This document shows, piece by piece, positions 16,488 through 25,828 of a DNA stretch of 64,000 bases. Every line of letters begins with the position of its first letter. The first letter of the stretch is position 1. Location: positions 1 to 64,000 of IMG/VR virus record IMGVR_UViG_3300043579_000163; one strand, given 5' to 3'. A model generated the notes under the pieces. It was not told the DNA's origin. It did not search any database and worked only from the letters and a program-made list of their open reading frames with translations. The stretch comes from a virus (lineage: Duplodnaviria > Caudoviricetes). Position numbers and translations under genes: made by a program.

Positions 16488-17732
16488 TTAGCTGCCTGTG
16501 ATTTGCTTGATGAACGAGCGCAGTTCTTCGCTCGTCTTGGTGCCCGGCTTCAGGACCGTGACATAGGCCGTGTTGCCCGTGCTATAGGTCCTGAGCTTGG
16601 TGCCGCAGGTATATGTGAAGGACGTGTAGCCATTGGCGGCGAGATGCCCGGCCTTCTTGTCCTGTCGAATGACGGACGCGCCTTCAGTGAACAGCCCGCC
16701 CTTCATGTCGAGCGTGACCAAGGCCCATTGCTGGCCTTCGCAGAGGAACGGAAAGAAAATCCGGTCCTCGTCCTTCACGTCGTCCGGTTTGCGGACCAGA
16801 AACAACGCGGTGGAGAGAGTCTGAAACTCGCGCGAGGGGAGGCCCGCGGCTTTCTTTTCCCTGTGCTCCTTGAAGTTGAGCGTGCCGTTGGCGCGCGCGA
16901 CCTCTTGGAGTGAGTGAGCGAGGATGCCCTGCTCGTCAGAGCCATAGGCGACCTTCTCGACGTAACGGTCCTTGCGGAAGCCGATGACGACGAGCGTGAG
17001 AGGCGCACTGCCGGCCTTCACGAGCTGACCATCTTTCACCACTGGCGGCGTGTAGATGGCGATTTGGTCCTTGAGAACAATCTCGCCCAGGGAGAAGGAA
17101 ACAGCGAGGCTGCTGGACTTCTGGACGAGTTTGATTTTGGGGAACTTGATGTCGGCGAATCCGATGTTGTCCTCGTTGAAAGGAAAAGCGGATTGTGGCG
17201 CAGACACGGCGGAGCAAACAGGATTGCCCTGTTCGTCACAAGGGACCGTGGCTTCGGCCTGGGTTTGGGTTTCCGAGGCGGCTACTGGTTCCGTCGCGTC
17301 GACGGGGAGCCCGGGTTTGTTGAACGATACCTTACTCATTTGGTTTGTCTTTCGGTTTTGGTTGTGTTGTTCGAGATACGCAACGGCGCGCATCAAAATT
17401 TGGGGGTTATCCTTGAACCCGCCGAGAGCAGGATTGCACCTTCTGCATAGCATCCCACGCACCTTCCCAGATTTATGGTCATGGTCAATCTGAGGTGATT
17501 TCATTTTCTCCCCACATATCGCACACTTCCCCTGCTGAGCGCAAATCAGAGTCTCATAGTCCTCCAAGGTCATGCCGTAATAGTGCTTAAGGTTGGCCTT
17601 CCGGGAAAGAAGCGCACTTCTAGTGGGGTTGGCCATTCGCCACAAAAGGTTATTCTTGACGAGCACGGTCTTGTTCTTAAGACGGTGTCGCTTGACTGCG
17701 TCTCTATGAGACTGCTTCTGTTTTTCAGTCAT
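16488..17732 (-). CDS. Endonuclease VII-type HNH domain (aa 1-131) fused in frame to a putative ssDNA-binding/recombination protein (internal start at 17339)
   Basis: YGMTLEDY...CAIC...IDHDHKSGKVRGMLCRRCN; second domain DIKFPKIKLVQKSS lies between the DUF2800-like gene and PolA, where SSBs usually sit. Confidence 0.75.
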   Translation of the reverse strand: MTEKQKQSHRDAVKRHRLKNKTVLVKNNLLWRMANPTRSALLSRKANLKHYYGMTLEDYETLICAQQGKCAICGEKMKSPQIDHDHKSGKVRGMLCRRCNPALGGFKDNPQILMRAVAYLEQHNQNRKTNQMSKVSFNKPGLPVDATEPVAASETQTQAEATVPCDEQGNPVCSAVSAPQSAFPFNEDNIGFADIKFPKIKLVQKSSSLAVSFSLGEIVLKDQIAIYTPPVVKDGQLVKAGSAPLTLVVIGFRKDRYVEKVAYGSDEQGILAHSLQEVARANGTLNFKEHREKKAAGLPSREFQTLSTALFLVRKPDDVKDEDRIFFPFLCEGQQWALVTLDMKGGLFTEGASVIRQDKKAGHLAANGYTSFTYTCGTKLRTYSTGNTAYVTVLKPGTKTSEELRSFIKQITGS

Positions 17733-18928
17733 CGACTTGCAGTCTTTCCACTGTCTTTGTCCGTCGCCATACGCAACACGGAAAAGGGGTTGCCCATCTC
17801 CGCTGCGCCCTCAGCAACTAGCGCGGCCCGGAAGGCGTCCGAGGATTTCTCCTTCTGCCCGCGGGGGGCGACCAGCTCAATTAACTTATCCAACGGTGTG
17901 AGTGTAATGTCGTAGAGAGCCTCGATTTTCTCGGCGTGTTCCGGCGGCACGAAACGCTTGGCAATCTCACCCACCTTCTTGGCGCTCTTGATGCTCAAGC
18001 GCTGCTGTGGGACCAGCACGTAGCCGTCGGGAATGAACTCCTCGTCGTTGAGGGCCTTCTGCGTCGCGTTCTTGCGGAAGCTCTCTGCCCACAGCTTGAC
18101 CACCTGCGCCAGCTTCATGCCGGCGGAAACCTGCACGGGGTCCTCGAGCGTCACGGTGTTGATGTCATCGGGCACCACGAGCGGCGCATATTTGCGGCCT
18201 ACCTGGATGGCTAGCTCTGCGACCTTGGGGCAACGACCAACCAGCGAACAGAAAAGACAAGTGCCAACCGTGGCCCGCGCCATAGAGAAATCCTCAGGAT
18301 TCTTGCCTGCCTCAATGGCTCGAGCAACCACGGTCCGCACTCTAAGGAGAAACGCATCGGGAACCGAGATGTCAAAAGTGTGAGAAGATTCATGGTCAAT
18401 GTGGGGTTGGAAAAACAGGACACGGCACGAGCGGAGTTTTGGATACCGTCTCTTCAGGCCCAGCATGTAGCTGATTCCCTGCAGGTTGTCCTCGGCGTTG
18501 GTAACGGCGTTGCGCCCGAACTTCCAGTCGATGATTTCCGCGTGAGTCTCGTCGGCGGAGACGATGCCCAGGTCCAGGTAGCCGGCAGTGGTGCCCACAA
18601 AGGGGACCTGCGCGGGCTTCCCGTCGAGGACTATATTTGTCCACACGCTCTCGTCGTCAATGGGCAGATATACTTCTTTCAGGACCGTCGCGCCAAACCC
18701 GAAGGCGGCGATGTGCTCGCTTGCCATCTCCTTGCACTGGGCCACGACCATCGCCTTGTAGTCGGGGATGCGGTTGTCGTCCTCTTCGGACTCGACGGCA
18801 TTGTGTTGCAGGGTCCCCATGATGGAGGCCTCGTTTTCCGACTGCGTGGGGTGATACTTGGGACAGGCTTCCCTGCACTGAAGGGTCGAGGGGGAGTAAG
18901 GATGGTGGACTCGGTCCTGGGCACTCAT
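17729..18928 (-). CDS. PD-(D/E)XK nuclease, DUF2800/Cas4-like
   Basis: YSPSTLQCREACP, GTLQH, YLDLG...IIDWKFG, LQGISY, CLFCSLVGRCP. Confidence 0.85.
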   Translation of the reverse strand: MSAQDRVHHPYSPSTLQCREACPKYHPTQSENEASIMGTLQHNAVESEEDDNRIPDYKAMVVAQCKEMASEHIAAFGFGATVLKEVYLPIDDESVWTNIVLDGKPAQVPFVGTTAGYLDLGIVSADETHAEIIDWKFGRNAVTNAEDNLQGISYMLGLKRRYPKLRSCRVLFFQPHIDHESSHTFDISVPDAFLLRVRTVVARAIEAGKNPEDFSMARATVGTCLFCSLVGRCPKVAELAIQVGRKYAPLVVPDDINTVTLEDPVQVSAGMKLAQVVKLWAESFRKNATQKALNDEEFIPDGYVLVPQQRLSIKSAKKVGEIAKRFVPPEHAEKIEALYDITLTPLDKLIELVAPRGQKEKSSDAFRAALVAEGAAEMGNPFSVLRMATDKDSGKTASR

Positions 18929-18989
18929 GTTTGTCTTGGTAGCAACGTCTAGTTGTTCTGCTCAATAAGTGTGAACAAGGGGACGTTTG

Positions 18990-19217
18990 TCAAAGACGAG
19001 CCCGCTGAAAAAATAGAGTCTTCAGGGCCTCAAAAGCACCCTCTTTATCCAAGTCAAGGCAGCCCCTGTCCCCTATCAGCACCCACTCCTCCCGGACCTC
19101 AAGCGGTTTCTCCAGGTCTCTAGTTAGGTTGCAGTGAAGCCAGTCATAGTCCCCGAAAACATTAAGGTTGTTGTCGACAGGATAAGGGACCTTCAAATTT
19201 CGTGTTTGTGTTGGCAT
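18990..19217 (-). CDS. Hypothetical protein
   Basis: 75 aa ORF in operon context. Confidence 0.45.
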   Translation of the reverse strand: MPTQTRNLKVPYPVDNNLNVFGDYDWLHCNLTRDLEKPLEVREEWVLIGDRGCLDLDKEGAFEALKTLFFQRARL

Positions 19218-19218
19218 A

Positions 19219-19380
19219 TCAGTGCTTGTAAAGAAAGGTGACCGTCGCCGTGATTGCCAGCGCGCTGAGCCAGTAGCACACGTCCGCCGGCTTCCGCTCC
19301 ACGCCCCAGCGGAGCGCGTTGAGGAGATACAGCGACATGATGATGTAGTTGAAAAGCTTTGGGTCGAGGAAAAATTTCAC
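19219..19380 (-). CDS. Small membrane protein (GTG start at 19380)
   Basis: Two hydrophobic segments: LFNYIIMSLYLLNAL and VCYWLSALAITATVTFL. Confidence 0.6.
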   Translation of the reverse strand: MKFFLDPKLFNYIIMSLYLLNALRWGVERKPADVCYWLSALAITATVTFLYKH

Positions 19381-19607
19381 GAGGCAGTTCCTCCCCGTTT
19401 CTCCTTGGCCGGAAGCCGCGGTGCCGGGACCAACCCGGAGGTGAGACCGCGCTTGGCACATTCCTCGCGGAAAGCTTCCGTGTCGGGCCTCCCGTCAGGA
19501 CCCCAAAGGGTCCGCATGATTTCACGTCCGCTGGTTCCTACCTTTCCTTTTTTCATGATGGTGGACTGTAGAGCAGCTGAGAAGTCGACGGAAAATATAT
19601 CATTCAT
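19377..19607 (-). CDS. Hypothetical protein
   Basis: Stop overlaps the downstream GTG. Confidence 0.5.
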   Translation of the reverse strand: MNDIFSVDFSAALQSTIMKKGKVGTSGREIMRTLWGPDGRPDTEAFREECAKRGLTSGLVPAPRLPAKEKRGGTAS

Positions 19608-19641
19608 AGCACGCAGTTGTTAACGCCGGTTCGTATTCCGA

Positions 19642-19809
19642 CTACTTTTTGTTTCTGGGTTTAAAGTTTGGGTCGTGTTTGATTGCGGCCAGCAGTTGCC
19701 GTTGATTCTCGGCCTTCTCCGGCGTGGTGTCTTTGGCGAGCACGCGCCCGGTGTCCTTGTTGTAGACCCGGACATGCCCCTTCTTCAGTTTTCTAGTTCC
19801 GTATGGCAT
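19642..19809 (-). CDS. Small basic protein, 55 aa (not in ORF track)
   Basis: MPYGTRKLKKGHVRVYNKDTGRVLAKDTTPEKAENQRQLLAAIKHDPNFKPRNKK, translated by hand; resembles a recalled viral small-protein family. Confidence 0.65.
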   Translation of the reverse strand: MPYGTRKLKKGHVRVYNKDTGRVLAKDTTPEKAENQRQLLAAIKHDPNFKPRNKK

Positions 19810-20084
19810 TTTGTGTGGGATGGTGGTTGTGGTTTATGTAGCGGCACCAACCATTCCGTCTTGAGACGGTCCACGGCTGCGCCGCAAAGCCAACCCTCTC
19901 GCCAGAGCCTCTTGATTTTGTAGGCGTATCGGTGGAAGGCTGGACAATTTTCGAATCGAACTCCGCGACCTTGGTCATCGAAGCCCTGTGCCCAATGGTC
20001 GAAAACCTGCTGCTGACCCTTGTTCAAGGCCAGCTCGGGGTTGTCGGTGACGGTGAGTCTCTTGTTCTCTTCGCTTAGTTTCAT
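19785..20084 (-). CDS. Hypothetical protein (start probably MKLSEENK)
   Basis: This start fits just after the upstream 56-aa ORF. Confidence 0.5.
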   Translation of the reverse strand: MKLSEENKRLTVTDNPELALNKGQQQVFDHWAQGFDDQGRGVRFENCPAFHRYAYKIKRLWREGWLCGAAVDRLKTEWLVPLHKPQPPSHTKCHTELEN

Positions 20085-20091
20085 ATATGGC

Positions 20092-20262
20092 TTAGCCTCC
20101 ACCGTAACTAAAGAATCCCTTGGGCTCTGTGACATCTTCAGGCTCCTGGTTCAGGTCCGCGTGGTCATACCCCAGCTTTTCGGCAATCAGCCGTCGCGCC
20201 TCTTCCTTATTCGGAGCGAGTGCAAACATGACATCCTCCCAAACGTAAAGTTTTAATTTCAT
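20092..20262 (-). CDS. Small protein, 56 aa (not in ORF track)
   Basis: MKLKLYVWEDVMFALAPNKEEARRLIAEKLG...YGGG; ATGA overlap with the helicase stop. Confidence 0.65.
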   Translation of the reverse strand: MKLKLYVWEDVMFALAPNKEEARRLIAEKLGYDHADLNQEPEDVTEPKGFFSYGGG

Positions 20263-21746
20263 AACACCGAGAAGATATCAGACAGTTCATGCTCCGTCAA
20301 ATGGAGATTTGAGGCGAACAGGTCCCCGTCGTTCAGCGCGTCCTGCTGGTTCAGGCGGGTCACCAGTCGGCGATGCACGTTCTCCTCGCGCGTCCCGGCG
20401 GCTAGAACCACTCGGTAGAGCGACTTGCTTTTTGCTCCGATGCGCGGCAGCCGTCCGAAGACTTGTCGTATGTTAACGGCCGATGAACAAGGCGAAACGT
20501 AGCCAATGCGAGGCGCGTCACCAACAGAGTCGTGCAAAGAAATACAGATGCCACCAGCAGCAGAATTAGCGACAAGCCTGCGGTCGCGGCCAGCTTGAAA
20601 AGAGTCGATGCAATGTTGCCGGCGCTTCTGGCCGGCGGGCCCGACTTGCGAGCCGTCGATGCGGCAGTCCGTCTTGAGTCGCTTGCAGAGTTCATCCAAG
20701 GTTTGGGTGAAGGTCACGAAGTTGACCACGCTGTAGCCCTGGTCGTTCGCGTCCTCGGTGAGTTGCACAAAGATGGGGACCTTCAGCAGCTCGATTTCTT
20801 GGAGAGCGCGGAGGATTTCCGTCAGGTGCGTCTTCTTATCCGACGCGGCCTTGTCATGCAGCGCTCGGATTGAGTCATCCATCTGTTCATAGAGCCTGTC
20901 GATTGCCCGGCCCTCGTTCAGGTCGTAAAGTTCCGCGGTGATTTGACACTCGGGGAAGTCGGGCAGGTCCCTGGTCCTGATTCGTATTCCGTGCTCGGGG
21001 AAAATCTCTTCATTGAGCCGGGCCATCACGCGCTTGCGGTCCTCCTCCTTGCCGGCGAAGTAGAGACCGCCATGCGGTGAGGGCCTACAGTTCCAGCGGC
21101 GGACCCAGGTCCAGAAGCGCAGTCCCTCGTCCAGCTCGTGTAGCCCCAGCGTGTAGCCCAGGGCCTTGAAGTCGAGCGGGCTGTCTCCGGCGGTGGCCGA
21201 GAGCCCAATCACGCGTAGGCCCTGCCGGCGCGCGGCAATCAACATCTCCGCGTTGAGCGAGTCAGTGGCCTTACAGCGGTGGACCTCGTCGAACACGGCG
21301 GACTTGACCTCGGGGTGGAAAACGAAACGCCCGTAGTTGTGCGGGACGGACTTTGTCTCAACGCAGTGAACCGGCCCGTAGGGGCAGCGGGGCGTGTCCT
21401 CTTCCACCCAGCACTGGCATTGAGTGCATTTCAGGCGTGACTTGAGGGGACCTGTCTTGGGAAACTGCCATCGACCGAAAGGCGTTCGTCCGCCCCTAAG
21501 CATCTCGTAGCCAATGACATCGAACTCGACCCCCAGGTGCTCCCCGGCGCGCAGCCAGCCGGGCCTCGCGACATCGGGGCAAACCACCAGCGTGGGCAGG
21601 TTCAGCTCCCGCAGCACGGCACCGGCCACATAAGATTTCCCAGTTCCCATGTCGGAGCCGTCGAGCGCGGCCCCGTAGCGCTTGATGCACGCAAGCAGGT
21701 GCTCCGCGGCTGGTCCCTGGTGGGGCTTCAGCCCGGCGGCGTTCAT
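20259..21746 (-). CDS. Superfamily 2 (SNF2/DEAH-like) helicase
   Basis: DMGTGKS, VFDEVH, GLSATAG, QVFGRLPR. Confidence 0.88.
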   Translation of the reverse strand: MNAAGLKPHQGPAAEHLLACIKRYGAALDGSDMGTGKSYVAGAVLRELNLPTLVVCPDVARPGWLRAGEHLGVEFDVIGYEMLRGGRTPFGRWQFPKTGPLKSRLKCTQCQCWVEEDTPRCPYGPVHCVETKSVPHNYGRFVFHPEVKSAVFDEVHRCKATDSLNAEMLIAARRQGLRVIGLSATAGDSPLDFKALGYTLGLHELDEGLRFWTWVRRWNCRPSPHGGLYFAGKEEDRKRVMARLNEEIFPEHGIRIRTRDLPDFPECQITAELYDLNEGRAIDRLYEQMDDSIRALHDKAASDKKTHLTEILRALQEIELLKVPIFVQLTEDANDQGYSVVNFVTFTQTLDELCKRLKTDCRIDGSQVGPAGQKRRQHCIDSFQAGRDRRLVANSAAGGICISLHDSVGDAPRIGYVSPCSSAVNIRQVFGRLPRIGAKSKSLYRVVLAAGTREENVHRRLVTRLNQQDALNDGDLFASNLHLTEHELSDIFSVL

Positions 21747-22322
21747 TCACAGATTGATTTTGAGAACCTTCACGGAGCCCAAGCACAGCAGACCATCAAC
21801 AGGAACGATGCGCCCGTTCTGCGGCTCGAGGAAAAACCACTGACCGTCGTTGCGGCGAATCGTAATCATCGCATGGTAAGCCAGTGGGACGGCATCTTCT
21901 CCCGGAAAAATTTCTGAGATGTCTCCCTCGAGTCGAACGTAGGCCACGGCGACCGTGAGCCCCACCTCAGCTTTGAAGTGTCTAAGGGCCCAGACATCCG
22001 CCCAATACTTGAACTCGCGGGCGAAGTTATCACAATCCCAGGCCTCACTGACATACGGGGTCCACTCCTTGTGGGCGAGGGCGAAGGCAACCATCGAATC
22101 AATTTGCGTCTGAGTCGGAGAAATGTAGTAGGCATCCTCAGGACCGAGCAACAGATTTGATTCAGCATCTTCATTGGGCATCTGCCATAGCAGACATTCT
22201 CCGACGGTTGCAGATAGGTCTCTCCAGTAGATGACGGTTGTGCGGTCGTGGGTTTCGTTGTCAGCTTGTGCGGTTCCGAGCAGGGTTATTGCGAGCAGAA
22301 GACTCGCGATTAGTTTTTTCAA
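21747..22322 (-). CDS. Exported papain/transglutaminase-like cysteine-protease-fold protein
   Basis: Signal peptide; WDCDNFA...YHAM...WFFLEPQNG (Cys-His-Glu pattern like the MOA agglutinin C-terminal domain). Confidence 0.65.
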   Translation of the reverse strand: MKKLIASLLLAITLLGTAQADNETHDRTTVIYWRDLSATVGECLLWQMPNEDAESNLLLGPEDAYYISPTQTQIDSMVAFALAHKEWTPYVSEAWDCDNFAREFKYWADVWALRHFKAEVGLTVAVAYVRLEGDISEIFPGEDAVPLAYHAMITIRRNDGQWFFLEPQNGRIVPVDGLLCLGSVKVLKINL

Positions 22323-22950
22323 ACTGGTTTATCCAGCCTTTCAACACGCGGGGTGAATGTCGCAGGAGATAGTGATTTCGGACCAAAGACTGGTCCTGAA
22401 GTAAATTGCTGATTTCGGGCCGGGTCAGCAGGTGACCCTTGAACCAATGCAGCCACTCGCGGTCCGTTGCGGTGGCGGGAACATGTCCGCTATCAATGGC
22501 GTGGTGCTTGAACTCGAGCATCTCTCCTGAGAGGCGAGTGCGGAGCAAATAGAACCATTCGGGTTCGATGAACAGGGAAAACTTGTCGGCCCAACAGATG
22601 TCAGACGGGGCCTCGCCGTTATCGCGCGCCAGGGAGCCGCTGTGAAATATGCATCGGTGCGCGGCCTCGGCCCCGATGAGGCAAGAAGAGAATTCTTTGT
22701 TGCCTCGCAGCCTACTCCACCAGTATACAAGCTTGCCTACGAGCTGAGCGCCCAGTAAAGGATGAAGCTTGCCCTCCTTGCCGTCGATGTCTCCGCGGCC
22801 CCAGTAGCCAACGTCATGAAAGACAATACAGAGCCATCCGACCAAGTCGGGCCACTGGCGGAAAAGCTTTCGGTATGCGAGCGCGACGGTTAAAGGGTGC
22901 CACAGAAACTGATGGCAGCCAAACAGCAATGACTTGGTTCCGATTTTCAC
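22261..22950 (-). CDS. HD-domain-like phosphohydrolase
   Basis: H...FHDVGYWG...H...FHS...WADK. Confidence 0.6.
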   Translation of the reverse strand: MKIGTKSLLFGCHQFLWHPLTVALAYRKLFRQWPDLVGWLCIVFHDVGYWGRGDIDGKEGKLHPLLGAQLVGKLVYWWSRLRGNKEFSSCLIGAEAAHRCIFHSGSLARDNGEAPSDICWADKFSLFIEPEWFYLLRTRLSGEMLEFKHHAIDSGHVPATATDREWLHWFKGHLLTRPEISNLLQDQSLVRNHYLLRHSPRVLKGWINQFEKTNRESSARNNPARNRTS

Positions 22951-23492
22951 TGTGCGAAGGCGTAGAATCTCGACTGCCGGAAAAGCTCCACGGTCTCGTT
23001 CGTTTTCTTCAGAGGGAGAAGATTATTCACGGCCCACTCGAAAAGCTTGGCGTGATATTGCTCGAGAGTCCCGTCGTTGAGAAGCACTTCATCACAGTCC
23101 TCGGGCCCGTAGGTCACCGTGGGGTCCACGGGGATTCCAGGCCTGTCAATCCAGATGATGCGGTCAAACAGGCCTTCAGCCTTGACGGCCTGAATCTCCT
23201 TGATGTCGCGCAGGCCGGCGGCGATGTCTCCGGACTCCACAACTAGGCGCGCGAGGAAGCATTGGTCCGTGGTGCGGATGAAATCCAATTCTTGCTTCCA
23301 CAGCTCGCGGTTCTTGCGCCTCTCTTCCCATGCTTGGCAGGGATGCACCCCGAGCACGCGGGCCATATGAGGCAGGCCTGCCCAAGAGAAGCTTCCAGCG
23401 TAGCGGAGCTGCGTGACGCGGCCTAGGAAAATTGCCCCGGCGTCTTTCCCTGCCCTCCCGAAACCACAGAACAAAATCTTTTTATAATTCAT
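22947..23492 (-). CDS. Deoxynucleotide monophosphate kinase-like P-loop protein
   Basis: ILFCGFGRAGKD, GLRDIKEI, IWIDRPG. Confidence 0.8.
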   Translation of the reverse strand: MNYKKILFCGFGRAGKDAGAIFLGRVTQLRYAGSFSWAGLPHMARVLGVHPCQAWEERRKNRELWKQELDFIRTTDQCFLARLVVESGDIAAGLRDIKEIQAVKAEGLFDRIIWIDRPGIPVDPTVTYGPEDCDEVLLNDGTLEQYHAKLFEWAVNNLLPLKKTNETVELFRQSRFYAFAQ

Positions 23493-23497
23493 CGCGT

Positions 23498-23704
23498 TTA
23501 ATCTTTCCGGAAGAGTGATTTAATTTTGGGTAGCAGGTCTTCACGGTGATGTGAAAGGGCTAACCAAATTAAGAACCACTCCGAACTAGACCATGCCGGT
23601 CCTTGGGTGGTCCCAAGACGATACCCTGGGGGTTCTCCCTCGGGACAAATCTCTTTCCTGATGTCTGCTGGGGTTCGTAGGGCATGAGTGACGGGAGGTG
23701 CCAT
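23498..23704 (-). CDS. Hypothetical protein
   Basis: ORF in operon context. Confidence 0.4.
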   Translation of the reverse strand: MAPPVTHALRTPADIRKEICPEGEPPGYRLGTTQGPAWSSSEWFLIWLALSHHREDLLPKIKSLFRKD

Positions 23705-23780
23705 TCGATTTGGAGGTCGTGACTCTCCGCGAACGACCGGAAATAGTCGGTCCGGTATTCGCTAAGCTGTGGGGAGGTTA

Positions 23781-23966
23781 TCACGACGGGTTGTTGGGTT
23801 CGGTAACTGGGACACGGCACTCAAGTTCGCAGAGCTGGGATTGGGCGAGCAAAACGATTTCACGAAGCTGGGGCAGCGTGAGCCCCCTCACAAACATAGT
23901 GTTCGGCATCATCGTCTCTTGAACGGAGACGGTGCGAAGAATTTCGCGGATTTGCTCCAGGGTCAT
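23781..23966 (-). CDS. Hypothetical protein
   Basis: ATGA overlap with the upstream ORF. Confidence 0.5.
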   Translation of the reverse strand: MTLEQIREILRTVSVQETMMPNTMFVRGLTLPQLREIVLLAQSQLCELECRVPVTEPNNPS

Positions 23967-24403
23967 AGGGGGTTTTCCTCTCGCGACTTGGTTCGGAATT
24001 CAATCTCCGTCTGGATGCGCGCGAAGCACATCAGGGTGTAGTCGTGCAGGGGCCGATACTTGCCGGCGGTATAACTTTCTGAGCGCGCAATCAGGTGCTT
24101 GAGATGCGAGGACACACGAGCAGCCTGCTTAAGCCGGCGAATCAACTGATGGAAAGTGAGCGTGCCCAGCTTCTCGATGTATTTCTCGTCCCGATTCCGA
24201 GGTGCTTGGCGCGCGAGATACTTCTTGGAGCGTCGGCGAGCCGCGACCTTGCGCTCGTGGTTGGTGGCTTTCGTCTTCGGGTCGAACAGGTCCTTCTCGA
24301 CTTCAAGACAAAGGTCAGGGTCCCTAACGTCGGTATCAGTGGATGAGTTGTTCATTTGATTGGTTCGTTTACTAGCGCCACAATATACGCACATGTCGAG
24401 CAC
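23963..24403 (-). CDS. Hypothetical basic protein (start uncertain)
   Basis: ORF in operon context. Confidence 0.5.
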   Translation of the reverse strand: MLDMCVYCGASKRTNQMNNSSTDTDVRDPDLCLEVEKDLFDPKTKATNHERKVAARRRSKKYLARQAPRNRDEKYIEKLGTLTFHQLIRRLKQAARVSSHLKHLIARSESYTAGKYRPLHDYTLMCFARIQTEIEFRTKSREENPL

Positions 24404-24555
24404 AGGTCAAACTTCACCCCGTCATCCCGACAGATTGTATGGCGGTTTGTTCGAACCTTGTTGCCATTCGCCGCGATATAGTCCACACAATCAAATTCTG
24501 GGCCAGCGATTTCCACACCATGCAGAGGGCAGAATTTGTTGCAGCAAAACTTCAC
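24352..24555 (-). CDS. Small Cys-rich hypothetical protein
   Basis: CCNKFCPLH...CSTC; ATGA-type overlap. Confidence 0.5.
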   Translation of the reverse strand: MKFCCNKFCPLHGVEIAGPEFDCVDYIAANGNKVRTNRHTICRDDGVKFDLCSTCAYIVALVNEPIK

Positions 24556-25214
24556 TTAACGGGGGCCTTATCGGCTTCGGGAGTCTTCGCAACCTTCGGA
24601 GCCTTAGGGGCGGGCAGGTGCTCGGGCGGAGTGAACACCGGTGCGGTTACGCGTTTAGGTGCCGGGGGAGTCTTGCGCGGCCCCTGGGGCAGCTCTTGCG
24701 GGTGCTTCTTCAACCGTAGAGCCAGCTCGCGGCTCTCGCTGCCGAGGATTTCCTGGATGATGGTGGGCAGGTTTTCCACGGGAATGCTGGCGTTAACCTG
24801 ATTGGAAAATCGCGTTGCGTTCCGCGTCATGCGGTCCTTGAGGGTCAGTCCGACCATGCCCTTGTCCTGCAGGTAGCGCAGCAACACGTCGTGGGCTGCG
24901 CCTTCGAAGAACACCGTGCCAATCTCGCGGAAGGCCTCCGCGCCGGTTCCGTCGGCGGTCGGGGTCTCGATGAAAAGCTGGCGCAGGGTCATGCCCGGAT
25001 AGGGGTTCAAAAACTGAGGGGCGTCCTCGCGGGTCTCGATACAAGAGCCGGTCCTCCGCGCCTCCCCGGGGAGCAGCTTGGGAAACTGCTTCTTCAGCTC
25101 GAGGTAGAGATTGTCATAGTCTCGCTTGGCAATGCCAGTGAGCGGGGCTTCAACGGTGACAGTTTCCGGCACTCCGGGAACCCGATAGAATCCAACGATG
25201 AAAGAGAGGGGCAT
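24552..25214 (-). CDS. Hypothetical protein with Pro/Lys-rich tail
   Basis: 220 aa ORF. Confidence 0.65.
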   Translation of the reverse strand: MPLSFIVGFYRVPGVPETVTVEAPLTGIAKRDYDNLYLELKKQFPKLLPGEARRTGSCIETREDAPQFLNPYPGMTLRQLFIETPTADGTGAEAFREIGTVFFEGAAHDVLLRYLQDKGMVGLTLKDRMTRNATRFSNQVNASIPVENLPTIIQEILGSESRELALRLKKHPQELPQGPRKTPPAPKRVTAPVFTPPEHLPAPKAPKVAKTPEADKAPVK

Positions 25215-25219
25215 GGTTT

Positions 25220-25321
25220 TTAGGTTTGGTTTTGTCCCGCGTTAAGACGGGCCTTTGTTCGGGATGCAGCGGGGTTCTCCCGCCTCCATTTTCGTTGGGC
25301 CAGCGCATGAGCCTTGGGCAT
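25220..25321 (-). pseudogene. 33-aa ORF resembling the basic N-terminus of the HNH genes (possible remnant)
   Basis: MPKAHALAQRKWRRENPAASRTKARLNAGQNQT with its own class II promoter; compare WRKAHPED and WRMANPTR in the Endo VII ORFs. Confidence 0.3.
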
Positions 25322-25327
25322 AACAAC

Positions 25328-25357
25328 AAAGAAGTTTGGCTCCAGGCGGGATGTCAA
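25328..25357 (-). promoter_or_regulatory. Class II promoter candidate
   Basis: TTGACA-16-ACTTCTTT-6-ATG. Confidence 0.45.
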
Positions 25358-25809
25358 CGAGATTCTTGGATGGTCTTCATCCACGCCGGGGCCGGCGCAA
25401 AAAGGTCCGCCATCTTCCGGGGGGCCTGCCTCTCATGGTCGTCATTGCACATCCAGCACATCGTGTAAAAGTCCCCGCTAATTCGATTGACGCAGCCCCA
25501 GTCGGTTTTTCCCGCCACCAATCGCGGCGCCTGCCGGTCGTTGTCCATGAAGTAAAACTTGCCCTCCCACTGGAACAACACGGCGGCATGGTGACTACGT
25601 AGTCCACCCATCTGTTGCCACCCGTAGACGATGCGGTGCGCCGGAATTCCCTGCTTTTGCAGCATCCTTAGCGCGTCCCGGCTGAATGGGTCACAGTGCA
25701 TCCTCACCATGTAGTCCGGAAGGTGTTTAAACGACGGTGGAGGAGCGGATAGAGCGGCCCAGGTGGACGCCGCGCACAACAGCCAGATGAAAAATAGTTT
25801 TAGTTTCAT
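25354..25809 (-). CDS. Exported transglutaminase-like (Cys-His-Asp) protein
   Basis: Signal peptide MKLKLFFIWLLCAASTWA; HCDPFS...HHAAVLF...FYFMDN. Confidence 0.6.
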   Translation of the reverse strand: MKLKLFFIWLLCAASTWAALSAPPPSFKHLPDYMVRMHCDPFSRDALRMLQKQGIPAHRIVYGWQQMGGLRSHHAAVLFQWEGKFYFMDNDRQAPRLVAGKTDWGCVNRISGDFYTMCWMCNDDHERQAPRKMADLFAPAPAWMKTIQESR

Positions 25810-25828
25810 AAAAGTTTTGATTGGTTGG

